This document shows, piece by piece, positions 1 through 8,417 of a stretch of 35,666 nt of DNA (positions are counted from its first letter, which is position 1; each line of letters opens with the position of its first letter). Made by a program: the position numbers and the translations under genes. The notes beneath the pieces are model-generated. The model saw only the letters and a list, made by a program, of their open reading frames with translations. It searched no databases and had not been told where the DNA came from. Source of the DNA: Thermoprotei archaeon (GTDB lineage Archaea > Thermoproteota > Thermoprotei > Thermofilales > Thermofilaceae); assembly GCA_003649495.1 (NCBI GenBank), contig QMRZ01000001.1:1-35666 (forward strand), in the 5' to 3' direction.

Positions 1-625
1 AGTGGATTTGGGCGGGAGGGTGCCTGTTAGCTAAGGGCACTGGAATCAGTAAATGGGACGGGGAGGGAATTACGGTACTGTCATGTAGCTGTCTCTAGAG
101 CCCTGTGGGGCAGTGACATTGGACTGTAGCTTTCTGTATCGTGGTGTGTCTCTCCGCTTCCCAGTGCTGCCCGGGTGGGTCTATGGGGTTGGAGCTGTGA
201 GGCTGCTAGTGCCCCCCGGGTGGGCGTGGGGAGCACGACCCCCACAGCCTGCCCAGGGCAGCGACGAGCCCATCCACGCCTAACACAGGAGGACACAGCT
301 CGACACACGATGCCACGGATGGGAAGATCGGCGAGCAGTAACCACTCATCACGCTATCCTTGTCGACTTAAACTATCTACAAGCACCTTATCAAGGATCT
401 GGGCTCTGGCTGCCCCCTTACTCATGGGTAGGGTTTCTCCTCACCTCCTAGCGGGGCTTTTAAGCCGGATAGCTCACCTGGTCTCACTAACTAGGCTTTA
501 AGATGTCGTACACTCAATATTCCCGTCTCCACCAGCTGTCATTAAGCCTAGAGTTACTGCCTAGCCTTTTGACATACTCAGCTTTGCTGCTTAGTGAAGG
601 TTTTACGAGCTCAAGCAGAGAAGGG

Positions 626-740
626 TGGAGCCCCGGCCGGGATTTGAACCCGGGTTCTCCGCCTTTCTAGGGGCCCTCGCTGCTAGCCAGCGCCGCCCAC
701 CTTACCAGGGCGGCGCTCTGCCAGGCTAAGCTACCGGGGC
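626..740 (-). tRNA. tRNA-Thr(GGU), encoded CCA, 38-nt intron at canonical position 37/38
   Basis: Minus strand folds as a cloverleaf: acceptor GCCCCGG/CCGGGGC, D arm GCTT-AGCCTGGCA-GAGC, anticodon stem CCGCC/GGCGG with loop CT-GGT-A|A, T arm CCGGG-TTCAAAT-CCCGG, then U73-CCA. Mature length 77 nt. Confidence 0.96.
665..702 (-). other. tRNA intron with bulge-helix-bulge splice motif
   Basis: Exon C32-U33-G34-G35 pairs with intron CUAG (4-bp central helix). 3-nt bulges are U36-A37|A and A-A|A38. Outer GG/CC pairs are present, plus an internal hairpin CGCTG/CAGCG. Confidence 0.92.
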
Positions 741-762
741 TCTTCCTTCAGTGGTTACGCCT

Positions 763-778
763 CCTTTAAGTTTTTATG
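763..778 (-). promoter_or_regulatory. BRE/TATA promoter of tRNA-Thr
   Basis: CATAAAAACTTAAAGG on the minus strand, with the TATA-like core about 25-30 nt upstream of the tRNA 5' end. Confidence 0.65.
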
Positions 779-885
779 GGTTTCGTGGCGAGACCAGTAG
801 CTAGGGTAAGTTTAATGGTGGCGGCGGGCCTGTAGGGTGGGGGGTGGCCAGGCTCTCTCGATAGTGTGTCTGAGGGGGGAGGCGA

Positions 886-2166
886 ATGTTGCCTAGCCGT
901 AAGCACTTAGTCAAGGGGTTATACAGGGCTGAGGGGCCAGCGCGGCTGAAGGTCGTGGAGGGGGGCTTCTATGCGCTGGGCAGGGTCTTTGAGAAGGGAG
1001 ATGCGCTAGTGGTGCCTAGGGGGATAGTGACGTGTATCGAAGTGGATGCTGAGTGTATCGTGGAGGGAGTTATCGGGGGGTCTCTAAGTGAGGCTAGACC
1101 GGAGGAGGAAGTGATCGGAGTTTGGCGGGAGTTGTCTGAGGAGGTGGTGTCGAGGGGAGGCAGGGTAGTCGTAGTTGGGGAGGTTGACAGCGGGAAAACA
1201 ACGTTTTCCACGTTTCTAGTGAATACCGCCTTAAGCAGGGGGCTAAAGGTCGCATTCATAGACGCCGATGTGGGACAGAACGATGTGGGGTACCCCGGCA
1301 CTATAGCGCTGGCAGTCCCCACAGCCCCCCTCTCATGGCTAGGCGAGCTAGAGCCCTTAGCTCTCTACTTCGTGGGGTCTAATACGCCAAGTGGATGTGA
1401 GGATGCCGTAATATTAGGCCTATGCAAGCTGCTCAGAAGGGCTGAGAGCTATGATGTAGTGGTAGTTAACACAGATGGCTGGGTGGCCGATAGGAGGGCT
1501 AGGATGTACAAGGCTAGGCTGATCGAGGCTGTGATGCCCGACACGCTAGTAGTTATGGAGGGCACAGGTGCTTCAGAGCCCCTAGCTCGGATGTTCGAGA
1601 CTTCTCGCATCCAGGTCGTGAGAGCGCCAACGCCCCCTGGCGCCAAGGGCAAGGAGAGGGAATTGAGGAAGATGAGGAGAGAGCTAGCCTACCTGGACCT
1701 CCTGAGGAAGTCAGCTGTCAGGCGATTAGACGTGAAGGCCATCAGATTCTGGGGCGTGTGTAGCCTTAATGGTGGGGTTAGGGATGAGAAGCTCGAGTCA
1801 GTACTATCCTCTCTGCTGGGCGTGGAGGCGCGCGTGGAGGTGTGTGGGGGGGTCATGGCAGTGATAGTAGGGGATGAGAGGTCTTACAGGACGGTGCTAG
1901 ACGCTAAGAGGGAGTTAGTGAAGCTCGTCAGGAGAGAGGTAGTGGTCACCAATCTGGGGAGGCTTAAAGGCCTCCTAGTCGGCCTGCTAGATGAGGAGTT
2001 GGAGTGCGTGGGTGTGGGAGTAGTGGAGGAGGTCGAACCTCATAAGGGCTACGTGAAGCTGAGGACTCCGGTCAGCGTGGATCGCGTGCGCTTGATAGTC
2101 CCAGGTCAGCTCAGGATATCTGAGGAGGGCGTGGAGAGGGAGCGAGGGCTACCGCCATTAGCCTAA
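886..2166 (+). CDS. clp1: Clp1/Grc3-family polynucleotide 5'-hydroxyl kinase
   Basis: Walker A GEVDSGKTT, DADVGQ motif, VVNTDGW and an Arg-rich lid (RELRKMRRE). SD-like GGAGG upstream. Confidence 0.88.
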   Translation: MLPSRKHLVKGLYRAEGPARLKVVEGGFYALGRVFEKGDALVVPRGIVTCIEVDAECIVEGVIGGSLSEARPEEEVIGVWRELSEEVVSRGGRVVVVGEVDSGKTTFSTFLVNTALSRGLKVAFIDADVGQNDVGYPGTIALAVPTAPLSWLGELEPLALYFVGSNTPSGCEDAVILGLCKLLRRAESYDVVVVNTDGWVADRRARMYKARLIEAVMPDTLVVMEGTGASEPLARMFETSRIQVVRAPTPPGAKGKERELRKMRRELAYLDLLRKSAVRRLDVKAIRFWGVCSLNGGVRDEKLESVLSSLLGVEARVEVCGGVMAVIVGDERSYRTVLDAKRELVKLVRREVVVTNLGRLKGLLVGLLDEELECVGVGVVEEVEPHKGYVKLRTPVSVDRVRLIVPGQLRISEEGVERERGLPPLA

Positions 2167-2217
2167 TCCTGAGGGAAAAGATTTTCCCTAAGTCATCTCT
2201 GGAGAAGGGGGGTTGAG

Positions 2218-2835
2218 TTGGAACCCGTAGAGGCACTCCTCAACACCATGTTGGAGATTGCTGAACAGATACTCAAGGTTGCTAGAAACATGGACAAGAG
2301 ACAGGTTAGGCGCATGCTTGAGATGTTACTGGAGGCGCGCGAGAAGGGGAGGAAGGTAATGGTTGTAGGAGCTGGCCGCTCGGGGCTTGTCGGCAAAGCA
2401 TTTGCAATGAGGCTTATGCACCTAGGCTTCAGCGTCTACGTGCTGGGCGAGACGATAACGCCCGCCGTAGCCAAGGAGGACCTGATAGTCGCGATCTCGG
2501 GGTCGGGGACTACGCAGGTAGTAGTTAACGCAGCAGAGGCTGCTAAAAGGGTCGGCGCTAAGGTAATAGCAGTGACCTCATTCCCCGATTCCCCGCTAGC
2601 TAAGGTGAGTGATCACGTGGTCCACATACCGGGCAGGACAAAGGTCTCTAAGGAGATAGACTACTTCACGAGACAGATACTGGGTATTTACGAGCCCCTG
2701 GCTCCTCTAGGCACGCTATTTGAGGACGCTGCCATGGTTTTCTTCGATGGGGTGATAGTGGCTCTGATGAAGGAGCTAGGCTTGAGTGAGAGCTACATGA
2801 GGGAGAGGCATGCTAATATAGAGGTGCCTGGCTGA
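2218..2835 (+). CDS. phi: 6-phospho-3-hexuloisomerase (SIS domain)
   Basis: GAGRSGLVGKAFAMRLMHLG, ISGSGTT, PLGTLFE and C-terminal RHANIE. TTG start. Confidence 0.93.
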   Translation: MEPVEALLNTMLEIAEQILKVARNMDKRQVRRMLEMLLEAREKGRKVMVVGAGRSGLVGKAFAMRLMHLGFSVYVLGETITPAVAKEDLIVAISGSGTTQVVVNAAEAAKRVGAKVIAVTSFPDSPLAKVSDHVVHIPGRTKVSKEIDYFTRQILGIYEPLAPLGTLFEDAAMVFFDGVIVALMKELGLSESYMRERHANIEVPG

Positions 2836-2836
2836 A

Positions 2837-3112
2837 CTACCTACTCGAGCTAAGTGCGCGCCTTATATCATCCTCAGTGGCCTGCTTGACGATGTACCAT
2901 TCCGCCCGCCCCTTAACCCTCTCATGCTTGATGAAGCCGGCGTTCTCGAGCACCATCAGCGTGTGATGTAAGAGCGAGTAGCTAGTAGCTACATTCCTCT
3001 CTAAGACTATCTTCAGGAGATCGGGTGTGCTCATTCTCCCTCCCTGCTCCTCGAGTATCTTATAGACTTTCACCGCTCTCTCAATAACCTGGGGACTCCT
3101 AGGCCTAGGCAT
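2837..3112 (-). CDS. Small winged-helix DNA-binding protein, uncharacterised
   Basis: Helix-helix-helix-wing pattern (VYKILEEQGGRMST...HHTLMVLENAGFIKHERVKGRAEWYI). AT-rich promoter region upstream. Confidence 0.7.
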   Translation of the reverse strand: MPRPRSPQVIERAVKVYKILEEQGGRMSTPDLLKIVLERNVATSYSLLHHTLMVLENAGFIKHERVKGRAEWYIVKQATEDDIRRALSSSR

Positions 3113-3220
3113 ACTCAGCCCCTATGCATAATTTTAAATCATGGAAAATTAAATTTTTCTATTCTCAGCCACCCGGTTTAGACGTAGCTACGCGGCAGAG
3201 CGGGACTATGTCGCAGACGT

Positions 3221-5053
3221 TTATCCGCCCTCCTCCATCGCCCTCGCGAACTCTATGTACTTGGATAATAGCTCCTTGACACCATTAGCTGCTTCCACGG
3301 AGTAGCCGAAGGTCGCTAGGTACTTGCTTAGGTAGGGGTCTAGCACCCGCTCATCGAGTATCGCGACAGCAGCGTAGTCACGCTCAGACCTGACACTCCT
3401 GCCGATGGCCTGTGCGACTCTCACTGCTGCTGGGATCATGTACACCAGCCGCCATGCCGCATCGCTATCTCCTACTTTATACTTGAGGACCTCAACTAGC
3501 TGTCTGTTGAGCAGGTTCGGCTCAGGTACTGGCAAGCCCGCCAGCACTACCAGTCTAATCAGGCTAAGTCCATCAGACCTGAGCTCTATTCCCTCCACTA
3601 ACTTGCCCCATGCAACGCAGAGAACGAGGAGCTTCTCGTACCTCTGCGCAGCGGAGATTACGTCTTCAAGCTTGGTGTTCTCGCGCTCCATGAATAGTGG
3701 TCGTGCCCTCAGATAGGCCCTAATCGCCTTAGCCATGTCGTAGGAGGGGGCTACTACCAGGGCCACTCCCCGCCTTAAGTGCATATACAACTCGTCTATT
3801 ACATGCGCCATGAGGCCGTAGGTAGCGGCGCCACGCTCCACGTACCTGGATGACACTCCTTTCATCACCATCACCTTAACGCGCCTAGCCCAGGGCAGCG
3901 GTATTCTCAGCTCCCTTACGCGCCCTTCCTCTAGCCCGAGCATTGAGACCATGTAGTCGCGGGGAGGTAGCGTCCCGCTCATTAGAATGGCGCTCCTCAC
4001 TCCTTGGAAGACCGCGCCCGCCTCCCCTGCAGGTGACACACAGAGGTTCCTAAGCGCAACGTCTCCATCCATTGGTTCAGCCACTAAGGTGTAGCCAGGC
4101 TTGTGGCGGGCTACTGCCTTAAGGAAGGAGGCTACGCTGCGGATAGCAGTAGCTCGCCCTACCCTGCTCTCCACCACGGCGGCTATCCTCATTAGATCAT
4201 CGGGATTGGGGGCGACTTCTATCAGATCACCTCGCTCAACCTCTATCTCCCCCCTCCTCTCCACTGCTCTCCTCAGCTTAGACATGAAAGAGTATAGCGA
4301 GTACAGGTCTCTCTCCACCTTCTCGCATTCACCGCCTCTACAGTAGCGTGACACCTCCCGGCGTGCTGCCCTTACCCGGCGACTGGTAATCTCCTTACTT
4401 AACACACTTATTACGGCGCTGGGCAGGTTGTGTGCTTCATCAACTATGAGTAGAACTTCGCTTAAGCCTGTGCCCAAATCGCTGAGGAATGCGCGCCTGA
4501 TCTCTGGGTCGAAGATGTAGTTGTAGGCAGCTACTATCACGTCGGCTGTGCTGAGAGCGCGCCGTGCTAGCTCGTAGGGGCATGCCCCAGCTTCAGAGGC
4601 CCTCGCTAGCAGCTCTCGAGGGCTGAGCAGCCCTTCAAGGCTGACACTAACTTCCGAGGCGCGCCGGTGATAGGGGCAGAGCCCGCTTCTAACCAGCTCA
4701 CTGCAGAACCTGAGAAACTCGTCATATGGCAGCAGCTGTACTCCCCTAACTAGGCACAGATCCCTCTTGTTCTGGAGGAATACGGCGTCAAGCTGTATGC
4801 GCTTAGTGATGGTCTTAAGCTCCCTCAGAGGAGCCTGGAACTGGGTCCGCGCTCTAACCAGGTACACCACTTTGAAGCCCCCGCGAAGGCTAGCTGCGAG
4901 GGCCCCCGTAAGCGCTGCGGCAGTCTTGCCAGCGCCCGTCGGGTAGCCTACCATTAAGTGATTTCCCTCGAGTGCACTATCACGGACTGCCTCTGCTATC
5001 TCCCTCTGGCCAGCCCTCCAGCTATTGTAGGGCCATATATCCCCTATATCCAC
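3221..5053 (-). CDS. xpd: XPD/Rad3-family Fe-S DNA helicase
   Basis: Q motif RAGQRE, PTGAGKT, four Fe-S Cys (DLC, RFC, LCPY, ACPY), DEAH, SGTL and QAIGRSVR. Start moved to GTG 5053, directly after the lrp stop at 5055. Confidence 0.92.
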   Translation of the reverse strand: MDIGDIWPYNSWRAGQREIAEAVRDSALEGNHLMVGYPTGAGKTAAALTGALAASLRGGFKVVYLVRARTQFQAPLRELKTITKRIQLDAVFLQNKRDLCLVRGVQLLPYDEFLRFCSELVRSGLCPYHRRASEVSVSLEGLLSPRELLARASEAGACPYELARRALSTADVIVAAYNYIFDPEIRRAFLSDLGTGLSEVLLIVDEAHNLPSAVISVLSKEITSRRVRAARREVSRYCRGGECEKVERDLYSLYSFMSKLRRAVERRGEIEVERGDLIEVAPNPDDLMRIAAVVESRVGRATAIRSVASFLKAVARHKPGYTLVAEPMDGDVALRNLCVSPAGEAGAVFQGVRSAILMSGTLPPRDYMVSMLGLEEGRVRELRIPLPWARRVKVMVMKGVSSRYVERGAATYGLMAHVIDELYMHLRRGVALVVAPSYDMAKAIRAYLRARPLFMERENTKLEDVISAAQRYEKLLVLCVAWGKLVEGIELRSDGLSLIRLVVLAGLPVPEPNLLNRQLVEVLKYKVGDSDAAWRLVYMIPAAVRVAQAIGRSVRSERDYAAVAILDERVLDPYLSKYLATFGYSVEAANGVKELLSKYIEFARAMEEGG

Positions 5054-5054
5054 G

Positions 5055-5522
5055 TTAATCGATAACGAGTCTAGTCTCCTCTTTAATTGTTCGCAGCACG
5101 AACATGGTGCGGGTTGACTCAACCCCCTCTATCCTACCTATCTCATCAAGTACCTTAGTTAGCTCCTCTCGGCTCCCCACCCTGACCTTGAGGATTGTGT
5201 AGTACTCCCCCGTCACGTCATATATCTCGTACACGTCTGGGATCTCCTTAAGCTTCTCTAACACCTCTTCGTACTTCCTCGGATCAGCTGTTAATGCTAT
5301 TATGGCAACTGTCCCCTTCCCCACCTTCTCCGGATCTACTATCGCCTGAAACCTCTTGATCACGCCCTTCTTAAGCAGCTTCCTTATCCTCAGATGGACT
5401 GTAGCCTCGCTCACCCCCAGCCGCTTGGAGATCTTGGAATATGGAGTCTTTGCGTTATCCTGAAGTATCCTGAGCAGCTCTTTATCAATTTCATCCAATG
5501 CCACGCGCGACTGGCTCGACAT
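5055..5522 (-). CDS. Lrp/AsnC family transcriptional regulator
   Basis: LDEIDKELLRILQDNAKTPYSKISKRLGVSEATVHLRIRKL HTH plus RAM domain (YDVTGEY). Confidence 0.95.
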   Translation of the reverse strand: MSSQSRVALDEIDKELLRILQDNAKTPYSKISKRLGVSEATVHLRIRKLLKKGVIKRFQAIVDPEKVGKGTVAIIALTADPRKYEEVLEKLKEIPDVYEIYDVTGEYYTILKVRVGSREELTKVLDEIGRIEGVESTRTMFVLRTIKEETRLVID

Positions 5523-5569
5523 GACTCTTCAATATATCCTAAGCGAGAGGAGATTAAAAACCCTTTACC

Positions 5570-6238
5570 CTATAACTCGAACTCCTCGCAGGGCTTCAGC
5601 ACCACTACTTTTGTCCCCCTAGATCTTGAGGTGACTTCCTTTGCGAATACTTGGGGATCAGCTCTAATGGCTGGGAACGTATTGTAGTGCATGGGGATTA
5701 CAACTCTGGGCTTCAGGAGGGAGGTGAAGACCGCAGCCTGGAGGGGATCCATCGTGTAGTGCCCGCCTATCGGCACCATAGCGATGTCAACTGGGTACAA
5801 CTCTGCGTAGAGCTTAATGTCGTAGAAGAGGCCTGTGTCCCCAGCGTGGTACACAGAGCCCTCGCGGCTCCTCACTATAAAGCCGACGGGTATGCCCCGC
5901 CCAGAGCTGTGCAAGGCTGGCGTAACCACTACTTCGAGCCCTTCCACACGTGCTGGGCCTCCTACATTAACACCTACAGCTCTCAGCCCCCTCTTAGCCG
6001 CCTCAACCGCTATCTCGTGAACCGCGACTAGCGTCGCGCCAGTCCGCCTACATATGTCGAATGCTTGGCCAATATGGTCGTCGTGGTCATGGGATACCAG
6101 CACTAAGTCCACGTGACCTAACTGCTCCACACTTATGCACGATTGCGGATTACCCTCTATCCAGGGATCAAATAGTAGCCGCTTGCCATCCATCTCCACG
6201 CAAAAAGCCGCGTGCCCCAGGAACTTTACCTTCATCAC
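5570..6238 (-). CDS. Metal-dependent hydrolase, metallo-beta-lactamase fold (UPF0173-like)
   Basis: FLGHAAF, DPW, SHDHDDH, YHAGDT, PIGG and PMHYNTFP motifs. Confidence 0.92.
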   Translation of the reverse strand: MMKVKFLGHAAFCVEMDGKRLLFDPWIEGNPQSCISVEQLGHVDLVLVSHDHDDHIGQAFDICRRTGATLVAVHEIAVEAAKRGLRAVGVNVGGPARVEGLEVVVTPALHSSGRGIPVGFIVRSREGSVYHAGDTGLFYDIKLYAELYPVDIAMVPIGGHYTMDPLQAAVFTSLLKPRVVIPMHYNTFPAIRADPQVFAKEVTSRSRGTKVVVLKPCEEFEL

Positions 6239-6284
6239 TCTCAGCAGCCAGACGGTGCTTATTTAGTTTGTTTTTGTTAGTAAG

Positions 6285-7076
6285 TTAGATGAAAGCTGCG
6301 AAGAGCCTGTACAGGAAGAGCTGTAGCGCGCTTGAGATTAAGTAGCAGATCACTGCACCCACGAGCGCCCTGCGCGCTGAGACGAAGCCACCTTCCTGAA
6401 TAGCGGCCATTAGCACTACAGCGCTCCATATGGTGAAGAAGGCCATGTGAGCCTCCAGCGCTGTTGACAACCCTGGTACTGCGCTGAGCGCAGCTGAGGA
6501 AAGGCTTAGAATCACGCTCACGTTGCGTATTGGCTGCGCCAGTACCAGCTCTATCGCCTTATAGGGAGACAGGAAGTACGCGGTAATTATCGCCTTTGAG
6601 GCTACTTCATAGAGCTTCACGCCGAGGGCGTACCCGCCCAGCACTACAGTGAGGTGCGTAGAGCCTCCCACAGCCCTGAGTGCGATCCATATGCCCACGG
6701 ACGTGGCGGTCCACGTTATGAGACTGTAGCCGAGTGATAGAATGTGTAGCCGCAGGTAATACTCGTCCTCAAGCTCCCCAAGCCTCCTGATATGGCCAGT
6801 AGCGTTGACTGCCACAACCCTCAATACACCTCCTGATGACGTAACACGGGGAGGAGACAGGTGACCGCCCTTAGCCGTGGCCAGCATAACCTTAGATGCA
6901 ATTACGGAGTTTCCGAAGAGATGCATAAACGCTAACAGGATCATACAGGCGAAAGGACCAGCTATATCGGGCTTCAGCGCTATCTCTGCGAATGCGGAGA
7001 AGGGGCTTATGCCCACGAGCAGGATGCGCTTGAACATCTCTTCAACGCCTACCTCCTCCCTCCCCCACTCACTCAA
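6285..7076 (-). CDS. Multi-pass membrane protein, Yip1-like
   Basis: N-terminal ISPFSAFAEIALKP pattern typical of Yip1 domains, followed by about five hydrophobic segments. Confidence 0.65.
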   Translation of the reverse strand: MSEWGREEVGVEEMFKRILLVGISPFSAFAEIALKPDIAGPFACMILLAFMHLFGNSVIASKVMLATAKGGHLSPPRVTSSGGVLRVVAVNATGHIRRLGELEDEYYLRLHILSLGYSLITWTATSVGIWIALRAVGGSTHLTVVLGGYALGVKLYEVASKAIITAYFLSPYKAIELVLAQPIRNVSVILSLSSAALSAVPGLSTALEAHMAFFTIWSAVVLMAAIQEGGFVSARRALVGAVICYLISSALQLFLYRLFAAFI

Positions 7077-7311
7077 CGATTCTCACCTCAGCTTTGGGGG
7101 CTGCAGTTCTCACGAGCTCAGCCACTAGTTGTGCCTCAGGAGATAACTTGATGACCTCAGCCCTGCCGCTGGGGTCCACTAGTATTATGGCTACGAAGCG
7201 CTTGCCATCGCCCACCAAGTACTCAAATGAGTGCATCCTAACGCTAAATCCGTGCTCCCTGAGGTGCCACGCTATCTTAAGCCTCGTCCTCAGGTCTAAT
7301 ACTGGGTACAC
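7069..7311 (-). CDS. Hypothetical protein (80 aa)
   Basis: Protein-like alpha/beta composition. Overlaps the start of the downstream gene. TTTTTAAG about 30 nt upstream. Confidence 0.7.
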   Translation of the reverse strand: MYPVLDLRTRLKIAWHLREHGFSVRMHSFEYLVGDGKRFVAIILVDPSGRAEVIKLSPEAQLVAELVRTAAPKAEVRIVE

Positions 7312-7670
7312 ACGCCCTCATAGGTCGGCGAGCTCAGCGCCTTAAAAATTTGACAGTTCTCCCCCCGATGAGGCAGAAATCTGGCACCTAGCTCTCCTCC
7401 GCCTCCGGAGCCCTTGGCCTACTTCCCAACATCTCTGCTAGCTCCATTCCACCTTAGTAGCTGAGCCGTACGAAGATGCCTCTCTACCCTGAGAGGATGC
7501 AGCAGCCCCAGGCAAGAAGTTATCAGCTAGAGGTACCACCCGCACTAGCTCATCCAACCTTGCCTCTTAGCCTAGGGTTTGGGTACTCGAGCATGCTCCT
7601 TCAGTCCTACTCCGAATCAGCGCCTCCTCCAATGGATCCCTTTTAATGAATCCCTTGGCCTCTTCACAAT

Positions 7671-7736
7671 AGGGGGTCAGCGAGATCGGTGCTCATCACC
7701 TTATATCAGGGCGGAGCTCAACTCCTTCATCCCCCT
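7671..7736 (-). ncRNA. Box C/D methylation-guide sRNA candidate, targets not recognised
   Basis: AGGG-[GGGATGA]-AGGAGTTGAGCTCCGCC-[CTGA]-TATAAG-[GTGATGA]-GCACCGATCTCG-[CTGA]-CCCCCT. Four boxes in order, G/C terminal stem, TTTAAG about 25 nt upstream, intergenic. Confidence 0.8.
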
Positions 7737-7857
7737 TTAGAAGATAGTCGGCGCTGCCTTAAAGGATGCCGGGCTTATGAGAGCGGGGTGCCTAGTCTGG
7801 ATTGCCGAGAGACGGTAAGATTATAATCTAGGGTGGATTCTTGCAAGGGGGGTTTAA

Positions 7858-8061
7858 GTGCCTTCGATGAGGGTGTTAGTGGGGGGCCTGGTAGTCGCGC
7901 TCGCAGCCGTTGCCTCAGCAGCCTTAGCATGGATTGCATGTTACGAGGTGAGGGCGTGTGAGGGCAGTTCTCAGGCTTATACTGGCTATGCCCTTATAGC
8001 TATCCTATCGCTCCTCATACTATCCTTGATCCACGTCGTATCTGTCAAGCTTCGGAGGTGA
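7858..8061 (+). CDS. Small two-helix membrane protein, hypothetical
   Basis: Two hydrophobic segments and a basic C-terminus. TTATAA and a G-rich SD-like run upstream. Confidence 0.65.
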   Translation: MPSMRVLVGGLVVALAAVASAALAWIACYEVRACEGSSQAYTGYALIAILSLLILSLIHVVSVKLRR

Positions 8062-8371
8062 TTTCAAACTCTATCTTCCCTACGGGCTTTAGCTCGAAGA
8101 CCTCTATCTCGGCTCTCACGGGTACGAAGACCCCGTCCTTAACATAGTAATACAGCGAGATCCTCCCCGCCTTATCGGACACCCCCTCCTCACTAGTCTT
8201 CTCGACTAGCATCCTGGCTAGTCTAGTCCAGTTCTCCTTTGAGGCCTCCCTAACGTCACCTCTCTCCTTGGAGTAGAATGTTGCGTAGAACCACCTCCTC
8301 ACCTTGCTTATCGCCCCCCTTACTGTGGGGGTTAGCGTGGTTCTAAACACCTTCAGCTCCTCCTGCCCCAT
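8045..8371 (-). CDS. Putative ThermoDBP-related (DUF2258-like) single-stranded nucleic-acid-binding protein
   Basis: KVRRWFYA...RISLYYYVKDG...EIEVFE resembles the recalled DUF2258 pattern KVRRxxFA...RIxxxYxVxD...VE. SD GAGGAG upstream. Confidence 0.55.
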   Translation of the reverse strand: MGQEELKVFRTTLTPTVRGAISKVRRWFYATFYSKERGDVREASKENWTRLARMLVEKTSEEGVSDKAGRISLYYYVKDGVFVPVRAEIEVFELKPVGKIEFEITSEA

Positions 8372-8417
8372 CTCCTCATGAAATTAGCCTCCGAATTATA
8401 TCTCTATCTTCTGAGCC

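Noticed and set aside
300..352. GTGATGA on the minus strand as a C/D sRNA start
   Set aside because: A possible D' (CCGA) follows, but there is no C' or D box at proper spacing.
81..501. ORFs 81..308 (-) and 175..501 (+)
   Set aside because: They overlap on opposite strands, are Ser/Pro/Arg-rich unlike real genes here, and show no motifs.
5054..5122. N-terminal extension of XPD in the ORF track
   Set aside because: It overlaps the lrp gene. GTG 5053 precedes the Q motif at normal spacing.
7365..7420. CCGATGA after a TATA-like element as a fourth C/D sRNA
   Set aside because: No recognisable D', C' or D boxes within about 60 nt.
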